Source of the DNA: Candidatus Babeliales bacterium
Lineage (GTDB): Bacteria; Babelota; Babeliae; Babelales; JBFXEV01
Assembly: GCA_050179755.1 (NCBI GenBank)
Contig: JBFXEV010000001.1
Coordinates: 1,461,296 to 1,525,295, forward strand
Direction of reading: 5' to 3'
DNA length: 64,000 nucleotides
The position numbers and the translations under genes are program-made. Below are positions 1-9,414 of the stretch, piece after piece. The notes below the pieces were generated by a model. That model did no database searches, was not told where the DNA came from, and saw only the letters and a list, made by a program, of their open reading frames with translations. Each line of letters opens with the position of its first letter. Position 1 is the first letter of the stretch.

Positions 1-338
1 ACATCTTTTACTTCAACCACGCGCGCCATTTCAGCAGTGCGATGCTTACGCAAACGACCCGCCGTTGCATTAAGATCTCTTTGGCTTGCAAATAAATATT
101 TGCTTATAACAATACCACCAACTACTGCTCCAATAACTAACGTTGATTTAGGGTGGTCCCATGCAGTTTCAACTACCATAAGACTAGCATCTTTAATTTT
201 AGCAAGTGCATAACGCGGATAAGAAACAACCGTTTTTGGCTCATTATCTAAGTCATCCATAGCACATGTCATTGCTGGCATGGCTACAAAAGATAATACA
301 ACGAACAATCTTAACATATATTTTTTCATAAATAACAT
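1..338 (-). CDS. Partial secreted hypothetical protein (runs off left edge)
   Basis: Translated by hand, not in the ORF track: MLFMKKYMLRLFVVLSFVAMPAMTCAMDDLDNEPK..., open to position 1; GGAGG at 346-350 upstream; signal-like N-terminus and an internal hydrophobic segment. Confidence 0.75.
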   Translation of the reverse strand, partial: MLFMKKYMLRLFVVLSFVAMPAMTCAMDDLDNEPKTVVSYPRYALAKIKDASLMVVETAWDHPKSTLVIGAVVGGIVISKYLFASQRDLNATAGRLRKHRTAEMARVVEVKD

Positions 339-383
339 TTTGAAACCTCCAATTACATTCCATTTAGTACTATTTTTAGAAAA

Positions 384-1109
384 TTAAATTTTAGTTTCTC
401 GCACTTGCATATCACTGGAATTTGAATGTATGTTATAATTCACCGATGATAGCATTGTATTTGCAAAACCATTTTTCTTTGGCTGCAACATTTCTTTTAT
501 GCGACTAATTCTTTCATCGCGAGCAAGAGATTGCTTTTTGTATGTTTCTATATTCGAATTAATTTCACGCATTTCTGCATCCATTAAACCAACTTTTTGA
601 TCAAGATCTATTGTCATTTCACCAAGACGCTGTATTTTTTCCATTAATGTCGCACGGGCAAAAGTTATTAGACCTAGCTCTAGCAACATTTCTTCTAATG
701 TTTTTTTGACTTTGGGCAATTCAGTTTCATGGTTTTGCTTAATTTCTTCCAACTGAGTCTTAAGTTTCCGTGTTTGCTCATTTAAACTTATTGCAGTGCC
801 TTGCATCAAAGTAGCATTTTCTGCAAGAGTATCTTGTCTTTTATTTATAGCAGTAAATTTAGCATTAATTTCTTGTTTACTTTGATTTTCACGCGCAATC
901 AAAGCATCAGCTGCCTGAGTCGTTTCTAATTTTTCTTTTTTTTCAAATTCAGCAAGTCCAGCTTTTGTGATAGGGCAAAATGACCAGAGGTAAGAAGCTG
1001 CAGAATATAAAGGAGCTGTAAACAAGCTAGACCAAGCCGCTTGAGCAGGTAACGCATAGCTCCCCGCAAAAAGCAGGGTAAATGCCAAAATATAATGATT
1101 AATTTTCAT
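384..1109 (-). CDS. Secreted coiled-coil hypothetical protein
   Basis: ORF 384..1139; likely start MKINHY at 1109 (AAGGA upstream); signal peptide ending AQA; heptad-rich E/K/Q/L body. Confidence 0.7.
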   Translation of the reverse strand: MKINHYILAFTLLFAGSYALPAQAAWSSLFTAPLYSAASYLWSFCPITKAGLAEFEKKEKLETTQAADALIARENQSKQEINAKFTAINKRQDTLAENATLMQGTAISLNEQTRKLKTQLEEIKQNHETELPKVKKTLEEMLLELGLITFARATLMEKIQRLGEMTIDLDQKVGLMDAEMREINSNIETYKKQSLARDERISRIKEMLQPKKNGFANTMLSSVNYNIHSNSSDMQVRETKI

Positions 1110-1147
1110 CTTGATATCCTTTGGGATAAGACCTTCCATTCGAATCT

Positions 1148-1176
1148 AGCATACCAGGAAAAATACAGTTAGTCAA
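1148..1176 (-). promoter_or_regulatory. Putative sigma70-type promoter
   Basis: Minus strand TTGACT-N17-TATGCT upstream of the 384..1109 gene. Confidence 0.5.
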
Positions 1177-1181
1177 ATCAA

Positions 1182-2306
1182 TTAAAAACCAACAATCCTT
1201 TTCTTAAAGCTTTTCTGCGATCCAGGCTGATGCCTACCCCTGCCAGTGCCCATATGCTCTATAACCTGATAAAAATAGTCCCTATCGGCCCCTTTTACCA
1301 CGGCCTGCTCATGAGCTTCAGCAATAACTACAGGATACCCCCTGCCTTTACGAGCCTGGTCTGCTATAATACTTGCCACCAGGTCCACAAATTCTTTTTG
1401 CTGGGCTATCCAGGCCACTATCTCTACACGGGCAATTTCTTCCCCCATGTGCATATAAAAGAAATAAGGCCTTAAATGTTCAGGATATACTCCACAAATA
1501 GGCGTATTGCTTTGAAATACGATCGTGCGCTCAAAAGGCTGTAAAAAGCCTGCGACAAGCGTGCTATCCACCACATGATCAATATCGCTGAGCGCTAACG
1601 CATCTTGAGCATTAAAATTAGCCATTTTCAAGCGAACCAAGCTTACAAGCTCTTTAGAACGCGGCAAACTAATATACCCTGTAAGCAGCGTTTGTTCTTT
1701 ATACAGATCTTCAAACACTGCAATATGCTGCGCTGCATACTGTTCCTTAATTTCAGCTTCTTTTGCTGCCAAATGCCAAAATATAAGCGAGCCATCAAAG
1801 AGCAAAAGCATTGGAATAGCATTATGTTGTTGTTTATAAAATGCACAAAGTTCTTTGCCATGGGTAAATTCATGCGCCTGGCGCAGGCAGTTGACCGTAT
1901 CGCGCGACAAGTCCGGCATATCTTCATTTTGCTGACCAGTAAACACAAGAGGCAGTGAGCTTAACGCGATAGTTGATTCTTTGCCATAGACAATTGCCAC
2001 GGTGCCGATATTAATAAGAAAGCATGAAGTGCCTTGGTGGCGATCAGGATATACTTGAGAGCCGTCTACTGATAAGGCAGCATAATGCTCAATGGTAGGC
2101 TGCACGGGATAAACGGTGCCAAGATCTTCAAACCATGAGGGCGGATATAATGGACTGCCACTTTTTCTTACTTTTGGCTGAAAAAGCGGATCTTTTATAA
2201 TCTCTTGCCAAACAGCTCGAGCTTTTAAAATTTCGTGACTTGTATCAAAGAACAGCTCATTCTCAACTTGCTCTAATGCTTTAAAGAGTTTTGCCCTATC
2301 TAACAT
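1182..2306 (-). CDS. nurA: NurA-family nuclease
   Basis: Motifs SVDGSQVYPDRH, LLFDGSL and GYPVVIAEAHEQAVV typical of NurA-domain proteins. Confidence 0.8.
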   Translation of the reverse strand: MLDRAKLFKALEQVENELFFDTSHEILKARAVWQEIIKDPLFQPKVRKSGSPLYPPSWFEDLGTVYPVQPTIEHYAALSVDGSQVYPDRHQGTSCFLINIGTVAIVYGKESTIALSSLPLVFTGQQNEDMPDLSRDTVNCLRQAHEFTHGKELCAFYKQQHNAIPMLLLFDGSLIFWHLAAKEAEIKEQYAAQHIAVFEDLYKEQTLLTGYISLPRSKELVSLVRLKMANFNAQDALALSDIDHVVDSTLVAGFLQPFERTIVFQSNTPICGVYPEHLRPYFFYMHMGEEIARVEIVAWIAQQKEFVDLVASIIADQARKGRGYPVVIAEAHEQAVVKGADRDYFYQVIEHMGTGRGRHQPGSQKSFKKRIVGF

Positions 2307-2412
2307 CGCTCATCCTGAGTAGTCCGTCGTGTATGAAGTGCATAATAAGTTTCTCGATAATAAATAGAGTATCGGTAAAAGGTCAAATGACGGATATATC
2401 GAAGGGTTGAGC
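2307..2412. repeat. Intergenic palindromic (REP-like) element
   Basis: CGCTCATCCTGAG...TCCGTC-(loop)-GACGGA...TCGAAGGG; same end motifs as the elements at 27256-27348 and 47837-47957. Confidence 0.65.
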
Positions 2413-2422
2413 ATTAATACCC

Positions 2423-2806
2423 CTAATTCTTTTTAGCAGCACACTGATAAATGCCCTTTTGCAACGCTTCAAGCGGCAGCAAAGCGCATTTAAGCCGCAC
2501 CGGGCCAAGTTCTACACCGATTAGTTTTTGCATAGCATCTGCATTAAGCGCAAGCAAATCAGCACATGATTTATTTAAAGCATACTCATAGAGCAATGAG
2601 GCTGCTGCTTGGCTGATCACGCAGCCTGAACCTTCAAAGCCGAGCTGCACTATTTTTCCGTCCGCAATTTTGCCCGAAAGCGTCACTCTATCCCCACAGG
2701 AAGGATTAAGTTCGTCAGTGAGAAAATCAGGATCAGACACTAATCCTTTATTACGGGGATTACGGTAATGATCAAGTAATTGTGCTTGATAGACAGCTTG
2801 TAACAT
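2423..2806 (-). CDS. sufU: SufU/NifU-family Fe-S assembly protein
   Basis: YQAQLLDHYRNPRNKG, NPSCGD, GSGCVISQA, RLKCALL motifs; likely start MLQAVY at 2806 (ORF extends to 2857). Confidence 0.88.
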   Translation of the reverse strand: MLQAVYQAQLLDHYRNPRNKGLVSDPDFLTDELNPSCGDRVTLSGKIADGKIVQLGFEGSGCVISQAAASLLYEYALNKSCADLLALNADAMQKLIGVELGPVRLKCALLPLEALQKGIYQCAAKKN

Positions 2807-2944
2807 AGTTTTTACCTCTTGAAATACTATACCGTAATTGACCAGACTGAGCAACAAAGCGCTCTCAATCGCAAAACTCTTTTTTTCTCTCCTTCAAATA
2901 TGCTAAATTAGGTATGCTTAACCTTAACAAAAGGAGGGGAAAGT

Positions 2945-3832
2945 ATGAAAACAATACTAATGTCGATCATAATTACCATATGTCTATTATTAAGTTCACT
3001 CAAAGCAATGGACGCAAAGCGACACGTACTAGTGCCACTGGACGGCTTTCTTTTTCAAGTAAATACCGCAGCAGCAATTTCAGAATTAGGTGTTGCAGGA
3101 GCAGTTTCAGCAGCATGGACGGCAGGATGGCGCAGCAGCTTTTCAAATATCTTAGGCGTAGCCAGTGGCAAAGGCCCCGATCAAAAAACGCTTGCTACTA
3201 AATTGTTTGCTTTATTAAACACTATTGAATATCAACCATGTGTAGAGGCAAAGAGCGCTCCTGAAGTCTGTTGGCAAGGCCTTAAAACCCCTCATATTGT
3301 GGTGCATGGCTATTTGCAAGGCAATAATAGATGCTCTGATCTAATGCAAACAGTACTCTCACATATACAAAAAAATGCTGGTAGTGGAGAGCGAGCAAGT
3401 CTTGAAGCCTCCGCAAGAATTATGCTCGATCCTACAAAAAATGCCGCTACATTCACTCCAAACGCTGATGCCTTAAACATAGTTAAAGAACTTAAGGCGC
3501 GAGGCCATACTGTTCATGTTGTTGATAATTGGAATGGTGAGACATTCGATTGCCTTCTAGAATCGCACAAAACTTTGTTTGAAACTATTAATGGCAAATT
3601 ATTCGTCTCTGGCAAAGAAGGCGCCGTAAAATCTACTAAAACTACTGCACTTCTTGAATCTTTTCTTGAAAAAAATAATGGCATTAAACCCGAGCACTGT
3701 TTTTGTATTGAAACAGAGCCAAGTTATATTGCTCCATTAGAAAGTAAAAGACTTAAGCATGCCCTCTGCCAAGACGGCAATATTGCTGCACTGCGTGCGA
3801 CATTGCAAAAGGTTGGGTTACTTGCAGAGTAA
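2945..3832 (+). CDS. Secreted HAD-like protein with degenerate motifs
   Basis: Signal peptide; HVLVPLDG (motif I-like), VHVVDNW, SGKEGAVK and PEHCFCIE resemble HAD motifs. Confidence 0.55.
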   Translation: MKTILMSIIITICLLLSSLKAMDAKRHVLVPLDGFLFQVNTAAAISELGVAGAVSAAWTAGWRSSFSNILGVASGKGPDQKTLATKLFALLNTIEYQPCVEAKSAPEVCWQGLKTPHIVVHGYLQGNNRCSDLMQTVLSHIQKNAGSGERASLEASARIMLDPTKNAATFTPNADALNIVKELKARGHTVHVVDNWNGETFDCLLESHKTLFETINGKLFVSGKEGAVKSTKTTALLESFLEKNNGIKPEHCFCIETEPSYIAPLESKRLKHALCQDGNIAALRATLQKVGLLAE

Positions 3833-3841
3833 GGAACTCCT

Positions 3842-4720
3842 ATGATCGCACCATGCCATTTGGCATTAGCGCTTGTTGCAGCACTTATGAGTGCAGGCAT
3901 TGCCATTGCAGGTAAATTTCTTGCTACTGATTTGCCTTCCGCAGACCTAACATTATTACGAGTAAGCCTTGCAAGTTTATGCTTTTTACCCTATGCACGC
4001 ACACTATCATTAAAAAAACTGACCAAAAAAGATTTTGGAGTTTTAGTACTTGCAGGATTCTTTGGCATTTTTCTTTCCAACGTATTGTACTTCCAAGGCC
4101 TTGCAATAAGTTCTGCTCTCCATGCAGCACTCATCAATGCTCTGACGCCTGGGCTTATGCTTATGTGCACGTGTTTTTATTTTAGAAAACTACCCACTCT
4201 TGAGCAAATGATTTCATTCTCTCTAGCCTTGCTTGGCGTATTGCTCATTACGATGGATGGCACATTTAATTGGGAAACATTATTTAATAGTACTGGTAAC
4301 TTATTAATGCTGCTTAGTATTCTTTGCTGGGTAGTGTATAGCATTTCTGCAAAACAAAAAAGTGAAACTCTTCCTTGCACTGCCTTTACCTTTGGTGCAC
4401 TTATTATCGGCACCTTATTGCTCGTTCCTATAACACTACAAGATAATAGCTTAACCACAACACTTACGCACTTAACCAACATGCAATGGCTTTTAATTGG
4501 TTATATTGCATTAATCGGAACTGGCTTAGGTTATTTTCTCTATGCAAAATCAATTGAGCAAATAGGCCCCGATATGGCAGCCTATATTATTTATAGCATG
4601 ACACCGGTTTGGGTAGTTATACTTACTTTTTTATTCTTTGATGACCCCATTACGCGTTGGGAACTTGCAGGATCACTTTGCATATTAGGCAGTTTAATAA
4701 TACATATTAAAGCAGCATAA
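3842..4720 (+). CDS. DMT/EamA family transporter
   Basis: 292 aa, about 10 TM segments in two EamA-like halves. Confidence 0.88.
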   Translation: MIAPCHLALALVAALMSAGIAIAGKFLATDLPSADLTLLRVSLASLCFLPYARTLSLKKLTKKDFGVLVLAGFFGIFLSNVLYFQGLAISSALHAALINALTPGLMLMCTCFYFRKLPTLEQMISFSLALLGVLLITMDGTFNWETLFNSTGNLLMLLSILCWVVYSISAKQKSETLPCTAFTFGALIIGTLLLVPITLQDNSLTTTLTHLTNMQWLLIGYIALIGTGLGYFLYAKSIEQIGPDMAAYIIYSMTPVWVVILTFLFFDDPITRWELAGSLCILGSLIIHIKAA

Positions 4721-4722
4721 GA

Positions 4723-5520
4723 TTACACAGCGTCCAATCGCTTATAGGCATATCGTATTGCAAGAAAAGCAAACAAGGCACTTGCAAAGAGAATTCCGGT
4801 AATACTCACATAATATGGCATAAACGTATCACCACCAAGCATTGCTTTGCGCAATGCTTCAGTCAAATGCATCATAGGATTAAAAGCAACTAAGATGCCA
4901 AGCACAAGACTGTATTCTAAGAAAACAGAAAATGGCATACGAAGGCCGCCAAGCTGCAACATAGGAAAAATAAAACGATCAAATAAATTTCCAACCTGAT
5001 GCACTCCCTCGATATAGAAAATAAAAAACAAGGAAAACGCAGAAAAAAAGAGCATGCCAAGATACATAACCAACATGATTAACCACCACTGCGCATGTGC
5101 TGTTGCAAGATAGCTGCCAAGCAACCATTTGGCAATCACATAATATGGCCCTATAAATACAAAGGTGACAATCGAAAAAAAGAAAATACGTTCAAGAATA
5201 ATTAAAGACAGTGGCGCAAACGTCATTTGGTATTGCAGTAATTTAGTATGTTGTGTATCAAAAAACACTCCAAAGGCCAATCCAAGTGAAGGGGAAATTA
5301 ATACTTGCAAAAGCGAGCCCAAAAAGAATATAGTACCTGCCTCTGGGGTTGGATTGATCATGCCACTATTAGGCATCAAATAGCCATAATTGATTGAATA
5401 TACCAGCGGTGCCACAAGCATATAATTTATTGCAAACGATTTTATTTGTTTACGAAAAGCATATATATCACGGTATAATAATTGCCCAAAAATGCGCACA
5501 TACAACCAGATACTATTCAT
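4723..5520 (-). CDS. ABC-2 type transporter permease
   Basis: About 6 TM segments, NPMMHLTEALR motif, in an operon with an ABC ATPase. Confidence 0.82.
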   Translation of the reverse strand: MNSIWLYVRIFGQLLYRDIYAFRKQIKSFAINYMLVAPLVYSINYGYLMPNSGMINPTPEAGTIFFLGSLLQVLISPSLGLAFGVFFDTQHTKLLQYQMTFAPLSLIILERIFFFSIVTFVFIGPYYVIAKWLLGSYLATAHAQWWLIMLVMYLGMLFFSAFSLFFIFYIEGVHQVGNLFDRFIFPMLQLGGLRMPFSVFLEYSLVLGILVAFNPMMHLTEALRKAMLGGDTFMPYYVSITGILFASALFAFLAIRYAYKRLDAV

Positions 5521-6311
5521 ACTTGCCCCTCATCAATGCGACGCGCAATAGGCCCCATAACAACAAAAAGAAGAATCGTTGCCCAAATACCAAGCCCTAA
5601 CATACAATAGCCAGCAGGAATAAACGTGCCACTGGAAAGTAACGTTGTGCGTAATCCTTCTGTCATATATACCACCGGACTTATTAAAAATATTCGGCCT
5701 ATCATAGGGTTAAAGGCATATACTTTGTACCAAGAATATAAATTGCACCCTAATACAATAGAGGGAGTAAGTATACGCTGCCATAAATTAAAACGAAGCC
5801 AATCAAATGATGCTATAAAAATAAAGGATACAAATGCAACACTCAAAAACAGCAAGCTTAACAAAAGTACACCAATAAATGCAAACGGGTTAATGGCAGA
5901 AAATTGAATCTGTTCACTGCCTAGCACTATACGTGCAGTGAGAATTAAAGGAATTACACTCACAGCAATATACATCATATACCTAAGTATATATGAAAGA
6001 AGTAGCCCGCGTGTGGAAATAGGCAATAAGCGTCTGTAGTCAATAAAACGAGAAAATCGACGATCGTAACTATCGGCAATTGAAGCATTAAACCCACGAT
6101 TTAAATACACAGAGACCATGGCTCCAGTGACCACATCGGCAGAAATAGAAAACTCAAAACCCATTAAATATCCAAGCATACCCATGCCTAAATAGACTGA
6201 AAGAACTCGCAGCATTGCATTAATAATGGGATCGCGGGCATTTTTTTTTAGGATCATGCACTCACGCCTGAGCATAACTAGGATAACACGGAGAGTATGT
6301 AGAAAATGCAT
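5517..6311 (-). CDS. ABC-2 type transporter permease
   Basis: About 6 TM segments, SPVVYMTEGLR motif; overlaps both neighbours. Confidence 0.82.
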   Translation of the reverse strand: MHFLHTLRVILVMLRRECMILKKNARDPIINAMLRVLSVYLGMGMLGYLMGFEFSISADVVTGAMVSVYLNRGFNASIADSYDRRFSRFIDYRRLLPISTRGLLLSYILRYMMYIAVSVIPLILTARIVLGSEQIQFSAINPFAFIGVLLLSLLFLSVAFVSFIFIASFDWLRFNLWQRILTPSIVLGCNLYSWYKVYAFNPMIGRIFLISPVVYMTEGLRTTLLSSGTFIPAGYCMLGLGIWATILLFVVMGPIARRIDEGQV

Positions 6312-7060
6312 TATCCTTCCTGTTCTTTAAGCAATTCTAGAAACACTTCTTCCAGCGATTCTTTTTTATGTTTCTGTTTTAAGTCTTGCACCGTTGCCAT
6401 CATCACAATCTTACCTCTGCCTAAAATACACACACGATCAGCTAATATTTCAGCTTCTTCAAGGTAATGAGTTGTAAGCAAAATGGTCATGCCCTGTTTA
6501 TTAAGCCCTTTAATAACTTCCCACATGTTATGGCGAATATCAGGATCAAGGCCAACGGTAGGTTCATCTAAAATGAGCAACTTAGGATTATGCACAATGG
6601 CACGGGCTATTAATAAACGTTGCTTATATCCACCTGAAAGAGCGTTAACAGAAAAATCTTTATAGCGGGTCAAATTAAACTGCTCAAGCAAGGTGTCAGT
6701 ACGTTCTTGCACGTATACTTCTGGCATTAAAAAATAACGACCAGCAAAAACTAAATTATCCCGCACCGATAAATCAGGATCCAAATTGGGTGATTGTGGG
6801 CAAAAACCAAGTGATTGCCGATAGGAAATAATATTATCGTAAATAGACTTATTTTTATAAAGAACGGTGCCAGATGTTAAAGGATGCAACGTAGCAATAA
6901 TAGAAGATAATGTTGTTTTGCCTGCACCGTTTACGCCAAGTAATGAAAGTATTTCGCCTTCGTAGATATCAAGACTGACTCCGTCAAGTGCGTTGACTAA
7001 GCGTTTTTTATCTTTATAAATTTTATAGACGTCACGAATACTAAGTAATATGGTGGACAT
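6311..7060 (-). CDS. ABC exporter ATP-binding protein
   Basis: Walker A GVNGAGKT, signature LSGGYKQR, Walker B LILDEPT, TTHY. Confidence 0.95.
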   Translation of the reverse strand: MSTILLSIRDVYKIYKDKKRLVNALDGVSLDIYEGEILSLLGVNGAGKTTLSSIIATLHPLTSGTVLYKNKSIYDNIISYRQSLGFCPQSPNLDPDLSVRDNLVFAGRYFLMPEVYVQERTDTLLEQFNLTRYKDFSVNALSGGYKQRLLIARAIVHNPKLLILDEPTVGLDPDIRHNMWEVIKGLNKQGMTILLTTHYLEEAEILADRVCILGRGKIVMMATVQDLKQKHKKESLEEVFLELLKEQEG

Positions 7061-7214
7061 TAATGTTCCTTGAATATGAGCGAAGAGTATTATTATAATA
7101 TACGTTAAATATATGTATTTGAAAATAGTAAATAGTTATTTTACCATGTTATAAAATTGAGAAGTTCCACTGAATATTTATAGGCATTATCTTTCGGCCG
7201 CTCCCGCCGCGGCT

Positions 7215-7542
7215 GGCGCACGCCTTTTTGGTGCCAAAAAGGGTGCAAAAACCAGTTAGGGCATGCTATCCCTAACAACCCCATACCTTATCAAACAGAT
7301 TATGATATCAACTCGGTTAAATCTCGCCGTCCATATTTTCTATTTTCTATGCATGTTTCTGTGTGGGGGGATGAATACCCACTGGCTCACAATTAAATCT
7401 TATTAATAGCTCCTATGCGCGCATCATGTATACCTCGTCGTGAAACGACGCGAGGTATAACATTAGGCGATCGAGCGGAATGGTCCAGCAGAATGCTGGT
7501 GCTTTTTTGCGTCCTTTTTTTGCACAAAAAAAGGCATGCGCC
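7215..7542. repeat. Non-coding element bounded by imperfect inverted repeats (MITE/REP-doublet-like)
   Basis: 7215-7255 GGCGCACGCCTTTTTGGTGCCAAAAAGGGTGCAAAAACCAG matches the reverse complement of 7496-7542; several internal hairpins. Confidence 0.6.
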
Positions 7543-7618
7543 GCCCTGCGTAAGGGCACCAGTAATAATGCTTGTAAATATTAAATGGAACTTCTACAAT
7601 ACCTTGAAACAAAAAAAA

Positions 7619-8101
7619 CTAATTTCCACCACCACCATGACCATGCATCTCTTTTGTTTTCCACCAACCATATATAACCCCGCTATAAAAAATTGCTGCA
7701 ACACCAACTCCAACAAGCGCTAGTTTCCCCATACCTGCCATATTTTGATAAGTTCTTTTTCCTTGCTGCAGCAGAACACCTACAATAGAACCTTTTAAAT
7801 CTAATTGTTCAGCTGGTAAAGCAGCCCCAGTACTTATAAGCAAACGCCTAAAATCTTTTACATTAACGTTAAAATTACCATCCTCGCGAGGTGTAATTAC
7901 TTCCGGCAATGATTTTGCAAAACTTTGTATTGCATTTCGTTGCATAGAAGGTGAACCTGCATCAGCTAATGTATCAACTAACTGTATTGATTCTGGTCTT
8001 GCTGCAGCAAATATTACTAAATCTAATTTCTTCCCCGGTTCCATTGCCCCTACTAAAAAACTATATCCACAAACAACAATAGCTAATATATATTTTTTCA
8101 T
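7619..8101 (-). CDS. Secreted hypothetical protein with C-terminal TM segment
   Basis: MKKYILAIVVCGYSFLVGA|MEP signal; hydrophobic LALVGVGVAAIFYSGVIYGWW near the C-terminus (ORF to 8116). Confidence 0.7.
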   Translation of the reverse strand: MKKYILAIVVCGYSFLVGAMEPGKKLDLVIFAAARPESIQLVDTLADAGSPSMQRNAIQSFAKSLPEVITPREDGNFNVNVKDFRRLLISTGAALPAEQLDLKGSIVGVLLQQGKRTYQNMAGMGKLALVGVGVAAIFYSGVIYGWWKTKEMHGHGGGGN

Positions 8102-8225
8102 AAATTCCCTTTCCATGATTAAATTCTTTGCTTAGATGATACGCCTTATTGACCTACTAAAGCAAGAAAATTAAAAAATATGATATACTTTTAAGAAAAT
8201 TACGATATCACCATATTGGAGATGA

Positions 8226-8720
8226 ATGAACACACAACAACCAATTCCTTCTAACATTATTTTTGATATCTTTGGCGTACTTTTTCATTGGGATCCGCTG
8301 CAACCGCGCATAAACGGCGAAAGCCAATTTATTCCAATAGAAGAAAATATCGCATTACTGGCCGAATGCGCAAGCCTTATCAATGAATTAGGAAAACCAA
8401 TTCATCGATTATTTGTTCTCTCCAATTGTAAATTAAACTTGCTTGAAGAACTCTATGTTGCGTATCCACACGTCTTTGAGCCATTTGAAGGAATAGTTAT
8501 CCCCACGCATGCAGGATATGCAAAGCCTGATAAACGTATGTTTGAACATTTGCTTGCCTTGCATATGTTGCACCCGAGTAATTCAATTTTTATTGATGAT
8601 GCACCAGAAAATACTAAAGCTGCCGTTCAACTGGGTATTACCGCTATAACATATGGTCCAGGCATACAGTTAAAACGAGCATTCATTACTCACGGCGTTA
8701 TACCTTATACTCACGCCTAA
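8226..8720 (+). CDS. HAD-superfamily hydrolase
   Basis: IIFDIFGVL, VLSN, AKPD and IFIDD motifs. Confidence 0.85.
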   Translation: MNTQQPIPSNIIFDIFGVLFHWDPLQPRINGESQFIPIEENIALLAECASLINELGKPIHRLFVLSNCKLNLLEELYVAYPHVFEPFEGIVIPTHAGYAKPDKRMFEHLLALHMLHPSNSIFIDDAPENTKAAVQLGITAITYGPGIQLKRAFITHGVIPYTHA

Positions 8721-9402
8721 TTGCAAGTACGTGCTGCACGGCAAATGGCAAGAGTATCATGCGCAATCCCACGCTGCCTGCAAAGGCTAGTACTGGCGGA
8801 GAAAACCATCCTTGATCGGCAGTAACATTATTTAATTGCATCCCAGCAAACGTATATAAGAAAATATACGGCAACATGCCAAACAGAGTTGTGAGTAAAA
8901 ATGTTGTTGGCCTTACAAGAGTTATGCCAGAAAGTGCATTAATCATACCAAAAGGTAATAATGCAAGTAAGCGCACGAACAATAAATAGTAAACACCTCG
9001 CTGCTCAAAGGCATGGTTAAATTTTGCAAGCTTATGAACATATTTTTTTTGTACCCAAGCACCTATCAAATACCGTGACACAAAAAAAAGTACCATCGCA
9101 CCAAGTGTTGCTCCCACAATGGCATACAAAAAACCTATTTTGCCAAACAATAGCCCACTAGCTGTTATAAACAAGGTGGAACCAGGAATTGATAATGCAG
9201 AAACGGTTACGTAACTTGCAATAAACGCACCCACTGAAAGTGCATAATGCGCATCAATATACGTATGTAATTCATGCAAATGTTCTTGAAGCCATGTAAG
9301 CGATAGATAATCAGTTAACCCTAATCCTTTAACAACACCAATAAGCGCTAGAAAAACTATTGCTATGCAAACACGCATAAAATGCCGTTTAGTTATTTTC
9401 AT
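8698..9402 (-). CDS. TVP38/TMEM64 (DedA/VTT) family membrane protein
   Basis: GATLGAMVLFFVSRY and RLLALLPFGMIN motifs. Confidence 0.88.
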   Translation of the reverse strand: MKITKRHFMRVCIAIVFLALIGVVKGLGLTDYLSLTWLQEHLHELHTYIDAHYALSVGAFIASYVTVSALSIPGSTLFITASGLLFGKIGFLYAIVGATLGAMVLFFVSRYLIGAWVQKKYVHKLAKFNHAFEQRGVYYLLFVRLLALLPFGMINALSGITLVRPTTFLLTTLFGMLPYIFLYTFAGMQLNNVTADQGWFSPPVLAFAGSVGLRMILLPFAVQHVLAIRREYKV

Positions 9403-9414
9403 TGCCAGACCTTC

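Noticed and set aside
1182..2306. NurA as part of an anti-phage (HerA/Sir2/Argonaute-type) defence system
   Set aside because: No partner ATPase or other defence gene is adjacent.
7415..7723. 102-aa plus-strand ORF
   Set aside because: It runs through the palindromic element and antisense into a better gene; likely spurious.
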